From assembly GCA_002269645.1 (NCBI GenBank), contig NIVC01000111.1, positions 1 to 64,000 on the forward strand: DNA of 64,000 bases. The letters run 5' to 3'. This document shows positions 11,457 through 23,715 of this stretch, one piece after another (position 1 is the first letter of the stretch; each line of letters opens with the position of its first letter). The position numbers were made by a program, and so were the translations under genes. The notes under the pieces are model-generated. The model saw nothing but the letters and a program-made list of their open reading frames with translations, searched no databases and had not been told where the DNA came from. Source of the DNA: Macrostomum lignano (Eukaryota).

Positions 11457-13271
11457 GAATCCAAATACACTGTACGCAGGTATACATATCACACAGGGTG
11501 CACATGAGTTGCGGTCCTGCCTTTTTCATTGCTCGAACACGACCGGTGCATTCCTGTGAATCAGTACACATGACCCAGGCAATTTTGTTCACGTATGCAA
11601 TCTGGGGTCGCACATTCGCAATGCCATTTTTCGCTACTATAAAGCGAATATTTCAAACAAAAACAAACATTTTTCTGTAGTTATGCTGCCGAATTCAAAT
11701 CAGCTAAACGCACCCAGAGGCAATGGACTGAAATGTATCCATAATTCGTATCCAATATTTAAAAGGCTGGAGTGATGCCACATTATTTTGGCGCAATTGT
11801 GAACCAATAAAACGATTTTTGAATGGTTGGCTCGGAGCCAAAAACATGACATTCGTACATGAATAGCTTAAAACTTTTCATTATTTTCAGGGTTTGATTT
11901 ATGTAAAAGTGCACGAATCCTGTTTTTCCCCCAAGTTAGTTCCGTATATTTCAATAGTTCATTTAAAGTGTCAATCAATAATCTTATAGTTATTGGGATT
12001 CTTGGGATCTCCAAGATTTTCTATCAATTGTCAAATTATAAAGTACATGTAATTTGTAAACATGGAGTCTGTAGGTCAGGTCCGTCAGGAAAGTCTCAGC
12101 CACATAAGAGTGGGGTACTAGTTGCTATTTTATTGACTTTGAATTTTGAACAACCATCCTGCCTGGGTCCAAATTCACACCCCGTTGAAAGCGATACCGT
12201 GACAAGAACAGCTCACTATGTAGTGACTCTAGCAACTTCACAGAGTCACAGACTGTTGAGTCACTGGTTAGAGTCACTGGTCGTCTAGAGTCAGTTCTTA
12301 TTCTACCTGCGTTAGCTGCAACGACTCTACACAATCTGCAATGCGTGTAAACAGTGACAGTGTAACCCAGAGTTAACCTGTGCGACTAAGACAGATACAT
12401 AAGGCCGCTTTCCTCGGTTCCAATAAAACCAGTCCGTCCACGACTGAGCCGAGGCAGGCACCAGCAAGCGTTGCCAAGGTAACAAACAAGCCCCCCACCC
12501 CTAGCGATAAAAACGGCTTGAACAGAACCGAATTCGCGAGATCGAATGCTTGTATACATTTTGCAATTGACGTGGCAGCCCAGAACTGGCCCAGATTAGC
12601 GGGCCAAATATGGCCAAACGCCAGGGCAATTTTATCTCTTGTTCGTAAATTCGAATAGAGAGATAAAAACTCTGCAATGTGCATTTACAGACAGACAACC
12701 TTTGGCGCCGTGCAAAGTTTAACGAGCGACTCCAAAGTATAAAAATTCAGATTAAATATAAACAACATTTTAGTATTTGAGCTACAAGAATGTAAAAATT
12801 GTTTGTAAATTTTGTCTATTTCAATTTCTACAAGCCAAACTGACACATTTGGGCATCGGCAGCATAATTTATCTCAATGGGAAAAATGAACCTAACAGTG
12901 CACTAACGGTCATTAGGAAAACATTGATGGCAGCAACGCATTCGCCTTTTCAGTATGGGCAGCCTTGCAATTTCTGGTTTGTGAATTGTCTAGTTTGTGA
13001 ATTGTCTAGCTTGTGAATTGTTTAGTTTGTGAATTGTCTAAGTTTGTGAATGGCCCGGTTTGTGAATGGCCTGGTTTGTGATTTATCCGGTTTGTGAATT
13101 GCCTGGTTTGTGATTTCTCTGCTTTGTGAAGATGCTGGTTTATGAGGCTTCTTGTTTATGAAGTTTCCAGTCTTTGCAGGCTTGCCTGAAATACGCTTTA
13201 ATCAAAGATAGAATTTTGCAAAGCAGAAATTCACAGAGCCACAATGTCCTCCTCTTGCACCGGACCAACTC

Positions 13272-16200
13272 TCATTTGCCCGCCGACCCCAGCAAAGTCA
13301 TGTCCGAAGGCGGCGGAGGCGGCGGCTTGTCCGGCTTCTCGAGCACGATGACCCGCTTGGGGTACTGCTGCAGCTCCACGACTAGCAGCTTCAGCTGCCA
13401 GGACTTGTCCTCAGCCTGCGGCGGGGTGGCGAATGGGACCTATTTCGAAACCTGAATCTCACTCTTAATCTATCCTGAACCCCGAATCTCACTCTCAATC
13501 TATCCTAAACCCTGAATCTCTTTTTGAATCTATCCTGAACCCCGAATCTCACTCTGAATCTATCCTAAACCCCGAATCTAACTCTGAATCTATCCTGAAC
13601 CCCGAATCTCACTCTGAATCTATCCTGAACCCCGAATCTCACTCTGAATCTATCCTGAACCCTGAATCTAACTCTGAATCTATCCTGAACCCTGAATCTA
13701 ACTCTGAATCTATCCTAAACCCTGAATCTCACTCTGAATCTATCCTAAACCCCGAATCTAACTCTGAATCTATCCTAAACCCCGAATCTAACTCTGAATC
13801 TATCCTGAACCCCGAATCTCACTCTGAATCTATCCTGAACCCCGAATCTCACTCTGAATCTATCCTGAACCCTGAATCTAACTCTGAATCTATCCTGAAC
13901 CCCGAATCTAACTCTGAATCTATCCTAAACCCCGAATCTAACTCTGAATCTATCCTAAACCCCGAATCTAACTCTGAATCTATCCTAAACCCCGAATCTA
14001 ACTCTGAATCTATCCTAAACCCCGAATCTAACTCTGAATCTATCCTAAACCCCGAATCTAACTCTGAATCTATCCTGAACCCCGAATCTCACTCTGAATC
14101 TATCCTGAACCCCGAATCTCACTCTGAATCTATCCTGAACCCTGAATCTAACTCTGAATCTATCCTGAACCCCGAATCTAACTCTGAATCTATCCTAAAC
14201 CCCGAATCTAACTCTGAATCTATCCTAAACCCCGAATCTAACTCTGAATCTATCCTAAACCCCGAATCTAACTCTGAATCTATCCTAAACCCCGAATCTA
14301 ACTCTGAATCTATCCTAAACCCCGAATCTAACTCTGAATCTATCCTAAACCCCGAATCTAACTCTGAATCTATCTTAAACCCTGAATCTACGATTGTTTC
14401 TACGATCAATCGTAGATTCTACGATTCTGAATATCTCACCCTGAATATATTCTCCTGAACCTAAAAACCTCAACCTGAATCACATACTTAATATACCAAA
14501 AAATCAAATAAAGAACCTAGTCTGAACAATTAAGAATTAACCCTGAACCTAGCCTGAAGCATTAACCTGAACCTAGCCTGACCCATTAACCCTGAACCTA
14601 GCCTGACCCATTAACCCTGAACCTAGCCTGAACAATTAACCCTGAACCTAGCCTGAAGTATTCTAGTCCCCTAAAATAAAAAACGCACCTTAACTCCCTG
14701 AGCATAGACGTCGGCCCTATTGAACTGTCCAACCAGGTGGAACCTGAGCGACATCACTCGCTGCCCAGTCTCCGAGTCCAGCGACTCCTCAGAGTGGACT
14801 CGACTGCGCGACCGGCGCGAGCTGCCGTCGCCGTGCGAGCGAATGGGTTCGCCCAGAGCCGCCTGGACCTGCGGATCTTGAAGGCACCTCTCGGTGGCCA
14901 GAGACTGCAGCGCTGTCGGGGACTCGCTGGAGTAGAGCTCGCGCCATAGGGCGTAGAACAGACCGCCTGTGACCAGCACGCCAGCCAGCACCACCAGAGT
15001 GTAGCCGAAGTCTTTGGATCCTTCCACAACTGGCAGTGGATGGGGGGCATGGTGTTAAATTAATGCGTAGCTACCTTGTGTAACATTTACAAGCGTCTAT
15101 GGGTAATCACCAAGTGTGTCTATGGGTGATGCACCAGGTGTGTCTATGGGTGATGCACCAGGTGTGTCTATGGGTGATGCACCAGGTGTGTCTATGGGTG
15201 ATGCACCAGGTGTGTCTATGGGTGATGCACCAGGTGTGTCTATGGGTGATGCACCAGGTGTGTCTATGGGTGATGCACCAGGTGTGTCTATGGGTGATGC
15301 ACCAAGTGTGTCTATGGGTGATGCACCAGGTGTGTCTATGGGTGATGCACAAGTGTGTCTATGGGTGATGCACCAGGTGTGTCTATGGGTGATGCACCAA
15401 GTGTGTCTATGGGTGATGCACCAGGTGTGTCTATGGGTGATGCACCAGGTGTGTCTATGGGTGATGCACCAGGTGTCTATGGGTGATGCACCAGGTGTGT
15501 CTATGGGTGATGCACAAGTGTGTCTATGGGTGATGCACCAAGTGTGTCTATGGGTGATGCATCAAGTGTGTCTATGGGTGATGCACCAAGTGTGTCTATG
15601 GGTGATGCACCAAGTGTGTCTATGGTTAATGCACCAAGTGTGTCTATGGGTGATGCACAAGTGTGTCTCTGCAGTCTCTACTAGTGTCTGCATGGTGTCA
15701 TCGACTAATTTCGCTACACGGATGCTTTCAAGATTGTTTATCAACTGTCAAATTTGAGTAATCTGTGAACGTGGAGTTTGCAGACTTTCGCAACTTCTGT
15801 GGGTTAGAGAGGAGGCTCAGCAGTGTTGTGGTGGGGTAGAGATGCTGGTATTTTATTTGATTCTTGAACTTTTTGGCTGATGACATACTGACATACAAAT
15901 TAATTAAAATTGATTTCAAATCACGCGTTGTTTAAGCCTGCTTTTCTACTGCTAAATTTGCAGACAGTACTGCATACCTTAACTAATCAATATGAACTAC
16001 ACAGTACAAGCCACCCAGTCATAGATAAGAATTATCACAAAACAGAGCTTCTGGCAAGGGTCTCCACAGAAAGAGGGCCTTCAAATCTAACAAAAAATCG
16101 ATAATAAGCACTGGCTGGCGGGGTAGAAACCATATAGAAACAATATTCCAGAATGTGACAATACCTTTCTGAGCTGGAGTCAGGTTAGCATAGCTCTGAC

Positions 16201-16522
16201 TGGGCGGTCGCTCACCAAATATCACACTCTTGCTCAGCTGCTGAGCGTGATCAGTTTGTTTCTGTTGTTGTTGTTGTTGTTGTTGTTGTTTTTGATCAGT
16301 AGACTGATAGCGGCGAAGGCACACAGAGATTATTGCTCTGGCATTTGAAGCCCCAGGGTTGCTATGACAACGTTTGAAAAGCGCCGCCCTCGCAGCCACC
16401 ACCAAATCGTGCCCAGAGACGGGGCCTCGAAGCAAGACAAGAGACTGGAAAAAATTGAATCGGAAAAGCAACTCAGAGAAAGATCAGTACAGAGATAGCC
16501 AAGTGCATGCGATTGATACCAT
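13272..16522 (-). CDS. TIMM21: Mitochondrial import inner membrane translocase subunit Tim21 (about 255 aa)
   Basis: Exons 16522-16520 (ATG|gtatc; least certain), 16444-16165, 15029-14689 and 13415-13272, phases consistent. Arg-rich presequence, TM DFGYTLVVLAGVLVTGGLFYALWRELYSS, then GEPIRSHGDGSSRRSR, VYAQ and C-terminal LVVELQQYPKRVIVLE, all typical of TIM21. Confidence 0.88.
13453..14390. repeat. Intronic minisatellite, 30-bp unit GAATCTAACTCTGAATCTATCCTAAACCCC
   Basis: About 31 copies in the last TIM21 intron; a second 25-bp array lies at about 14540-14655. Confidence 0.95.
15098..15668. repeat. Intronic minisatellite, 24-bp unit GTGTGTCTATGGGTGATGCACCAG
   Basis: Tandem array in TIM21 intron 16164-15030. 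Confidence 0.95.
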
Positions 16523-16782
16523 GCTAGATAGCGAGTGCCCCCCGCAAAAAACAGCATAGCACAAATCATGTAGCAAGAAACAGACAGTGAGTGCAGTGCA
16601 CAGTGAGGCGCCTGATTCTAAGCTCTTTATCAGCCAAGCCAGTGGGCGGGGCTCGGCATTGGCTGGCAGATTTTCTGAGCCTATAAATTAGCCTCAGCAA
16701 TAGGTGAGCCGAGGCCTCTCTTTGCCAACTAAGGTCCCGCTTTTAGCAACACAAAACAGACGCTAAACACAACTCAGCCAGC
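16523..16782. promoter_or_regulatory. Compact bidirectional promoter between TIM21 and DM9 gene 1
   Basis: 260 bp between divergent ATGs; GC box GGGCGGGG 16644-16651, inverted CCAAT 16658-16662 and TATAAA 16682-16687. Confidence 0.6.
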
Positions 16783-17352
16783 ATGAGCACCTTCAAGAGC
16801 AGCGGTGGCAAGGGCGTGGATCTCTGCCTGTCCTGGGTCAACGCCGCTAACGGCGAAATCCCGGCTGGTGCCGTGAGCATCGGTGGCGACGTGTTCGTTG
16901 CCAGGTGCTTCAGCGATGGCGAGCTGCTGCCAGGCAAGGTGGCCGCCGGTCACAACAGCTGCTACGCTCCCTATGATGGCGAGGAGAAATGCTGCGACAC
17001 CTACCAGGTGAGTTGCCATGGATCCTCAGTGATCCAGCAGTGCGCATATTCACCTCAGGCTAAATTATTGACGCTCTGACAGGTGCTCTGCGAGACCTGC
17101 AATCACGGCCTGACTGGCGGCCCAGGCTTCGAGTGGGTGGCCTGGAGCGGCAACACGGCCCCCAAGCACGCCCTGATCAGCGGCAGCGACCAGGGCCGGC
17201 CGCTGTACGTGGCCAAGGCCAACATTGACGGGGAGTGGTGCGCTGGCAAGTACATCCCGGACTATGGCAAGGCCTATTTCTCCTGCGGCGGCGCTGAGCA
17301 CGAGAAGGAGGACGACTTTGAGGTGCTGGTGATGTGCACCCGCTCCGGCTGA
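16783..17352 (+). CDS. DM9-repeat (DUF3421) protein, 164 aa, two DM9 repeats, lectin/pattern-recognition type
   Basis: Exons 16783-17007 and 17083-17352 (75-bp GT-AG intron). Motifs SWV..ANGEIPAGAV, FVAR, PGKV..GH..CYAPYDGEE..YQVLC, and second repeat FEWV..P.HAL..G..LYVAK..AGK..AYF..E..FEVLV. AATAAA at 17400. Confidence 0.9.
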
Positions 17353-17948
17353 GCACAATTGACTCAACAACAAACAGTCAAACTTCTCAAACTAGTTTAA
17401 ATAAAATCACTAGGATCCAGGCTGTACACGTAGCAAGACTCAGCAATGAGAATAAGAACAGAAGAGGCGATGTGATTATTCAACATATTGCATATTTATT
17501 AGGATACTATATTACACAATAAATATATACAATAGCATAACCAAGCTACAAATACTTAGTGCCTTTATTCAAACACGATGCTTTTTATCATTTGTCTTTG
17601 CTACAAATTATAAGCAATGATAAAACTATAACAAAACTCAATACAAGCCAAGTATCTGCCTAATAAAACAATTGTAAACCATTTGGACATAAAACAAAAG
17701 ATAAAAACAAAAACATTATAAATACACTCATAGGTTAAAAATATATAAATATATACATATATATATATATATCAACAATCACTACTTCTGTGATAAAAAA
17801 TACTACTTTCAATAGTAATTAGAGTGCCTTTTGCAATTCCAACACTTGAAGTTGGTATTTTTGTTCAATATGGCTAGTAAGACAAATTAAAATCAAAAGT
17901 TTTTTTATTACACAAAATCTAAAAAAAACTACTAACAAAAGCATACAT

Positions 17949-18102
17949 GCGCAACCTATTGATTCACCTAGCCGTTTCTATTGGCAACATACATGTAAGT
18001 CGCTATTGGCTGAGAGCAGTCACGTGACTACTATTCTGTCCAATAGCGACTTACATATGTGTGTTGCCAATAGAAATGGCTGGGTGAATCCCTAGGTTGC
18101 GC
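17949..18102. mobile_element. MITE-like hairpin with about 60-bp imperfect inverted arms
   Basis: 17949-18009 is the reverse complement of 18040-18102; the spacer holds the perfect palindrome AGTCACGTGACT (18018-18029). Confidence 0.7.
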
Positions 18103-19507
18103 CCAAGCATGAACAAAAGTATGTTACTGTTTTTACATTCTATACTGCTGGCTTCATGGAACTGCTTTTTGACAATACTTGATTCAATATACAAGCTTAT
18201 AAGAGCTTTTGAGTTACCATAAGCATCAATATTTAGTAGCAAAAGGCTAAGATCTTTAGAATAAAACAAATAAAATATTTTTATATTTTGAATTATCTAT
18301 AAAACAAGAGGGATACAAGTTGACTAATAGGACACTTTTACAATAGTAATGGAAATATGCTTGTAGCAAAATGAATTGAATTATGAATAATGAATGAATG
18401 AATAATATCAACAAGGAGCTTTGTGATTTTATATCTTAATTTTTTCTTAATTGATTACAAATACAGAAATCTTAAAGAAGCTTATGAGATTTAGGCCCAA
18501 GAATAAAGGCTAGACAAGTAGGAGTTTTTGTCAAGTTGAGTAGTGAGTTGAGTTTTGTTGCCTTAAGTTAAGTATTTTTTAGTTGTTTTAGTGAATACTT
18601 TAACAAATATTTCTTACCAAAAACCAAGATTTTCTGCTTTTAACAATGAAAAAATATAGTTTTTTGTCTCTTTATTGCTACCACCCTGTGTTACAACAGT
18701 GCAATGTTATTACTTCAGAAATTGATAATACTACTTGTTACTACTTGCTATGTAGTAGTAGTATAGCTTGTGGCTGACTCTTATTTTAACATGATCAAAT
18801 CTTGTTACAACCATTATGATACCTTTTGTCCTAAAAACTTAACTAAAACTTAACTTGACTCTACTTTTTTCCTAAACTCAGCAAAGTTGTTTTCATAAAA
18901 AGCTTGGGTAGCCTGACTTGAAAGCTGAATATTTGTTTAGCTATTCCAGAAAATACAAGAAAAATCATTTTAGCTAGTATTATGCATCTAAGTAATTGAA
19001 ATCTTTTTAATACATATAATAAAAATAATAACTACACTAATAAAAATATAAAGTCTAGTTCAATTTAATAATAACTATTGATTTAATAGTCATTTTTTAT
19101 TTAAAATATTCAATAGTTTGGCATACTTATAAGCATTAGTAATCAAAAACTTATGTTAAGAATTATTCTACCTAAACCTAAAAAGGGTTCTATGTCTCTA
19201 TTTAAGTTTAGGTTAATAAAATCAATGCCCATAAAGAATCTTCCCATTTTAAACTCTTCTAAAATGGATAAAATGGATGCATACATTAGCCCTTCATAGT
19301 TCATTGGCATACATATTTGGCATGCTTGAATCATAAAAAATTATATTTGGCATACAAAAACTGGCATGCAAAACAATATGAAAACTGTTACAAGAATGTT
19401 CCAGATTTTGTAACAAAAGGTTGTATAGTTTCTAAGGAATATATTGTTTAAAAAGTGAAAAAAGAACCAACATAGAATATGTGGAAGTGTAGCTTGTCTA
19501 ACAAATA

Positions 19508-20274
19508 GTAGGAAAATAAACGTCAACACAAACATAAAATAAAACATTTCTTTTTAGCCAACGTGTTTTGTCAAACACAAGATGTCGTCAGGGCAAATTC
19601 AATTAACTTTAATTCACAACACCAATATATTTAAGCAAAACAAACTGTACAGTCCAAAGGTGGGTCAAAACAGTCCGGTAGAATTTCAAAAGTGCCAAGT
19701 ACATAACAAAGGGAGAGAGAGAGAAAATAGGCATGGCTCTGCTCACAGCACTCTCAGCTCACGCTCCATCCCATTGTTTCCTACATTGGAAAAACGAAGC
19801 GACACCTGCACACTAGAGCTAGGGAACATTGGCTAAAAAGCTCTACGATTAATGACCATCTGCTGGTTTGTAAAAAATGTTGTGACAATGAACTGATTCA
19901 GCTTTTTAAAGTGCTGGATGGGTGCAAATTTGACCATAAGCTTAAGATTATTGAAGCTTCTTATATCAGAATGCACAAACCCAACTTGAATGTGCAGCTT
20001 GCTGGCAATGGGGTGGAGCGTGAGCTAAGAGTACTGTGAGCAAAGCCATGCCTATTTTCTCTCTCTCTCCCTTTGTTATGTACTTGGCACTTTTGAAATT
20101 CTACTGGACTGTTTTGACCCGCCTTTGGACTGTACAGTTTGTTTTGCTTAAATATATTGGTGTTGTGAATTAAGGTTAATTGAATTTGCCCTGACAACGT
20201 CTTGTGTTTGACGAAACGCATTGGCTAAAAAGAAAAATTTTATTTTATGTTTGTGTTGACGTTTCTTTTCTTAC
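19508..20274 (+). mobile_element. 5'-truncated Penelope-like element: GIY-YIG endonuclease C-terminus flanked by inverted pseudo-LTR copies
   Basis: 19782-20039 reads YIGKTKRHLHTRAREH..S.INDHLLVC..FKVL..LKIIEASYIRMHKPNLNVQ*. Arms 19508-19776 and 20006-20274 are inverted copies. Confidence 0.85.
20185..20229 (+). ncRNA. Degenerate minimal type-I hammerhead ribozyme in the PLE pLTR; second copy 19552-19597 on minus
   Basis: Consensus of the two arms is GCC-CTGACGA-CGTC[ttgtgttt]GAC-GAAA-CGC-GTT-GGC: core CUGANGA/GAAA, palindromic ACGCGT stem III and GCC/GGC stem I. Each individual copy carries core mutations. Confidence 0.7.
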
Positions 20275-22499
20275 AACATAGAATATCTATATATTTATTA
20301 CATGTGCTAATATTTTATATTTTAAATACTTATTAGCTATCTGAAATTCTTTTGATTACAAACTATCCAAAGGTGAAATAGATATGATAAGATTCTTTGT
20401 TATAATTTACACATAAAAATTTTAAATGTGGCAATGCAAAAAAGGTTCTTTATTGCTATAGAATAAGGTCATAGAGTTTTGAAATTTTAGTGTATATTAC
20501 AAAATCATATTTCCAAATTTTTGCATATTTGGCATATACCTAAAAGTTAGCTTCAAAACAACAATAGAATATATCTTCTTTGTCACAGCAGTGTGCCTTA
20601 GGGCCAAGTCACAAATGAATGCCACACTATGAGCTGAATCCAGGGCATCTGTGTCAGCCAATAGGCAGTCAATGAAACACATCAAATGTGCGCCTGTCCT
20701 CATTAGTATAGTGCTTATAGCATTAGTAGTAGCATTTCCTACACTGGCTACAAGTAGTACAACTTGGTACAGATGATGTAGCCTGTTATCTAGAGTTGCC
20801 AATAGTGCAAATAGCCTAAAAACTCTGGTGTACACTAGACACCTTCCTGACACTTTTGACAATAGCATAGGCCTATTCCACACTCCAGATCATGTAGTAT
20901 AGGCCTAAGTCATAAAATTAAGTTGGATTTATATAGCATTAAGTAGCAGGCCTAGTATGATTTCAGAGATAGCACATATTATATCATATATTGAAGGTCT
21001 TTCTTTAAGGAAAAGTAAGTTCTCATTGGGCCTACACTAATTTTGAGGTAAATAAAATGTCATGAACTTGATGAAGCCTTAACACTTTCTGTTTGAATAT
21101 TTAATTTAGGCTAATAAATTATTTTTGTTGGTGACAACAACGACCAAAAACTAAATCAATGGGGTTCATTTAATTAATAAAATATATATAAAAATGGCTT
21201 GCATAGCAATAATACCATAAGTTTGCATTTAAAAATTCTAACACAACTCGAAACTTTTTTCTACATCTTGTTACTTTTCATTAAAAAACAACAGTGCTTC
21301 ACCTAGCAATAGCCTAGCCTAGCAATAGCCATTGGTAGTATAGAAATGTCATAAATTATTTTATCAATAGGCCTATTCTATACCCCTAATATATAGAAAG
21401 TCAAAAATGATTACATACATGTGCATAATTCATTATGAAAAGAAAATCGAAAGCAACAGCCTTTTAATTTTTTGCAATGATAATAATGCTAATTAGTTAT
21501 TACTGTAGCAGTGTAGCTCAGATAGCATATGTTGTCACTGAAATTTGAAGCCATTTTCTTGGAAATTATTTTATCGAATATAATCGAAAATTAACAGTTA
21601 AAAAAATTAACAAATTAGACCTACAAATATCGTTTCGGTGTGAAAAAAGATAAATATTATGCTTCAAGTTTTGAGCCTTCAAGTCCTAAAACATTTTTGC
21701 GGTTAAAGGTCTGCATACGTTCGACAATTTTGGGGGCGCTATAGCGCCAGCATCAGATAAGGCAGTCGCACAATGCAGCACCAAAGGTCCAACTACAGTG
21801 GTCCTTAGCAAGTAACTGATGTGATTGTAAGACAGTGAGTGCACTAGGGCCGGTCCGGTTGAGGCTCTATCCGTACCTGCAGCCACAGTTCTTTTGTCTG
21901 GCACTGATCGATGCACCCATTGTTTTTGGACCCCAGCGTTGACTAAAGCGGTTTCCCGTCCTGCACCCAGCTCTCTGAGTGGCATTACGATTTTCGATTT
22001 ACTCTCTATCTTAACCGATCCAACCCTTGGGACCCAGCCAATAGAGGGTCTAATTAGGAAACTGTCTGCTATATATAGTAACATCGAGTATGAAGGGCTA
22101 ATACTACATGGTATACATCTGGCCGTTATCTGCACGCTTTTTGTTTAATACATAAAGGTTTGAAGGACTGGAAATGAACAGGAGAACAGAGAACAGAGAA
22201 ATCACACGATCTATAGCTAGACCAATGGAGCCCGGTTAAACGTTACTATCGGTTGGAAAAAACTGCCTGCAACAAGCCACATCTGGATTGTCATCCTCAC
22301 AGATGGATATGTGATCTCATTCAATGGCAAACCGATCGGAGCACCTTGTGGAAAAGAAATTCAAGCAATTACTGTCAAATGGAGATTGACGATTTCGTGC
22401 TGCCCGACGATATATTGACCTTGATGGCATGTTCACGCGATTGACTGAGTGCACGTGAGCGTTGATCGAAGACCTCGAAAGATTTGACAGACGATCGCT

Positions 22500-22720
22500 A
22501 GAATAAAGCGTCACGAGTGTCAAATAAGACGTCAGACGGATCAGTGCGTCAAAAAGTTGTTCAACTTCATGGCATCGACACCGTCTTTAAAAATTGACTT
22601 GATGACGGCTGAGCCGGAGGACGTCAAACGTGGGCTGCGATTGTTCTACTGCAATGTACGTTTCGTAAGCCAGACGGCAGATATCATTCGGAGGCTTTGC
22701 TAATTTACGCACCTTTAATT
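22500..22720 (+). mobile_element. Possible decayed Crypton/DUF3504-type tyrosine-recombinase element fragment
   Basis: Across a frameshift it reads QCVKKLFNFM..IDLMTAEPEDVKRGLRLFYCNVR-KPDGRYHSEAL, resembling the L..FY..VR..DG..Y...SL motif of ZMYM/KCTD1/Crypton proteins. Confidence 0.35.
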
Positions 22721-23349
22721 TACCCAAATGAATCTATAGTTTAATATGGACATTATTGCCAAAGTGACGTTTCTCAGACACCTCAATTGTTTGTTAAATT
22801 TTCCCGTTGAATTGTTATATAAAAACTTGTAAAAACCCTAACCATAACCCTAATCCTAACCTTAACCCCTATCTATACTACTTCTATAGAAATATCCTTC
22901 TATATAAATATTATGGTTGAGTGGTAACCAGCAGTCTGCCGATCCTCTCCTTCCCTTCTCTCCCCTCTCTTTCTGTTCTCTCCCTCTCTCCTTCCATTCG
23001 CTCCCTTTCTCCTTTCCTTCTCGCTCCCTCTCTATGCTTCCCTTCTTTCTTTTTAGATCCCTTGTCAAAAGCTTTCCCTGTTTTATTATATAGAATGCTT
23101 GTCGGCTTTTTCTTTTCAACTCCCATAATACGAGTAGCTCGTCTGTACACTCCGTAACGACCCTAACCTTAGCTCGTAAATAATCAACAAATATCTCTCA
23201 GTGCGAACACATGTACACGTAATCGCAACTATCACTCACTCCTGTTTGTACAAGTACCTTTGTATCCAGGCACAGCGCTTCACCAGCAACTTTCTGCTTT
23301 GGATCGGTTTTCCTCTCAACAAGCTCTCTCTCAAGTTCACTCTCTAACC

Positions 23350-23715
23350 CAAGGGTCGGAGAACCCAGAGAATCCAGAGCATGACTGCAGGCAGAGGAGG
23401 GGAGAGAGGAGATAGAAGAGAGAAGAGAGGAGAGGAAAGAGGAGAGAGGAGAGGGGAGAAAGCGAGGAGAGAAGATGAGAGGAGAGGAGAGAAAAAGAGA
23501 GGGGAGAGAGAGGAGAGAAGGGAAGAGGAGAGAGGAGAGGAGAGAAAAGAGAAGAGAGGACAGAGGAGATTAGAGAAAAGGGAGCTGAGAAGACAGAGGC
23601 ACAAACCTTGAGTGGGACGGATTGCTATTGTGAAGTTTAAATCAAAGGATCCGAGGGCCGGATAGAGTCTTTGCGGGCCGCATGTGGCCCCCGAGCCGGA
23701 GTTTGCCGACCCCTG
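23350..23715. mobile_element. hAT (Charlie-like) MITE with internal GA-rich tract
   Basis: Imperfect TIRs CAAGGGTCGGAGAAC and (reverse complement) CAGGGGTCGGCAAAC; perfect 8-bp TSD CTCTAACC at 23342-23349 and 23716-23723. Confidence 0.85.

Noticed and set aside
12373-12684. 103-aa minus-strand ORF with a hydrophobic stretch
   Set aside because: No recognisable motif, no phase-linked exons and no clear coding bias.
18100-21600. AT-rich region as a possible NUMT or hidden gene (ORFs 19143-19334, 20497-20883)
   Set aside because: No mitochondrial-gene motifs or splice-consistent model; only the PLE remnant is supportable.
22845-22870. CCCTAA-like repeats
   Set aside because: Only about 4 degenerate units; insufficient for a telomeric or interstitial telomere call.
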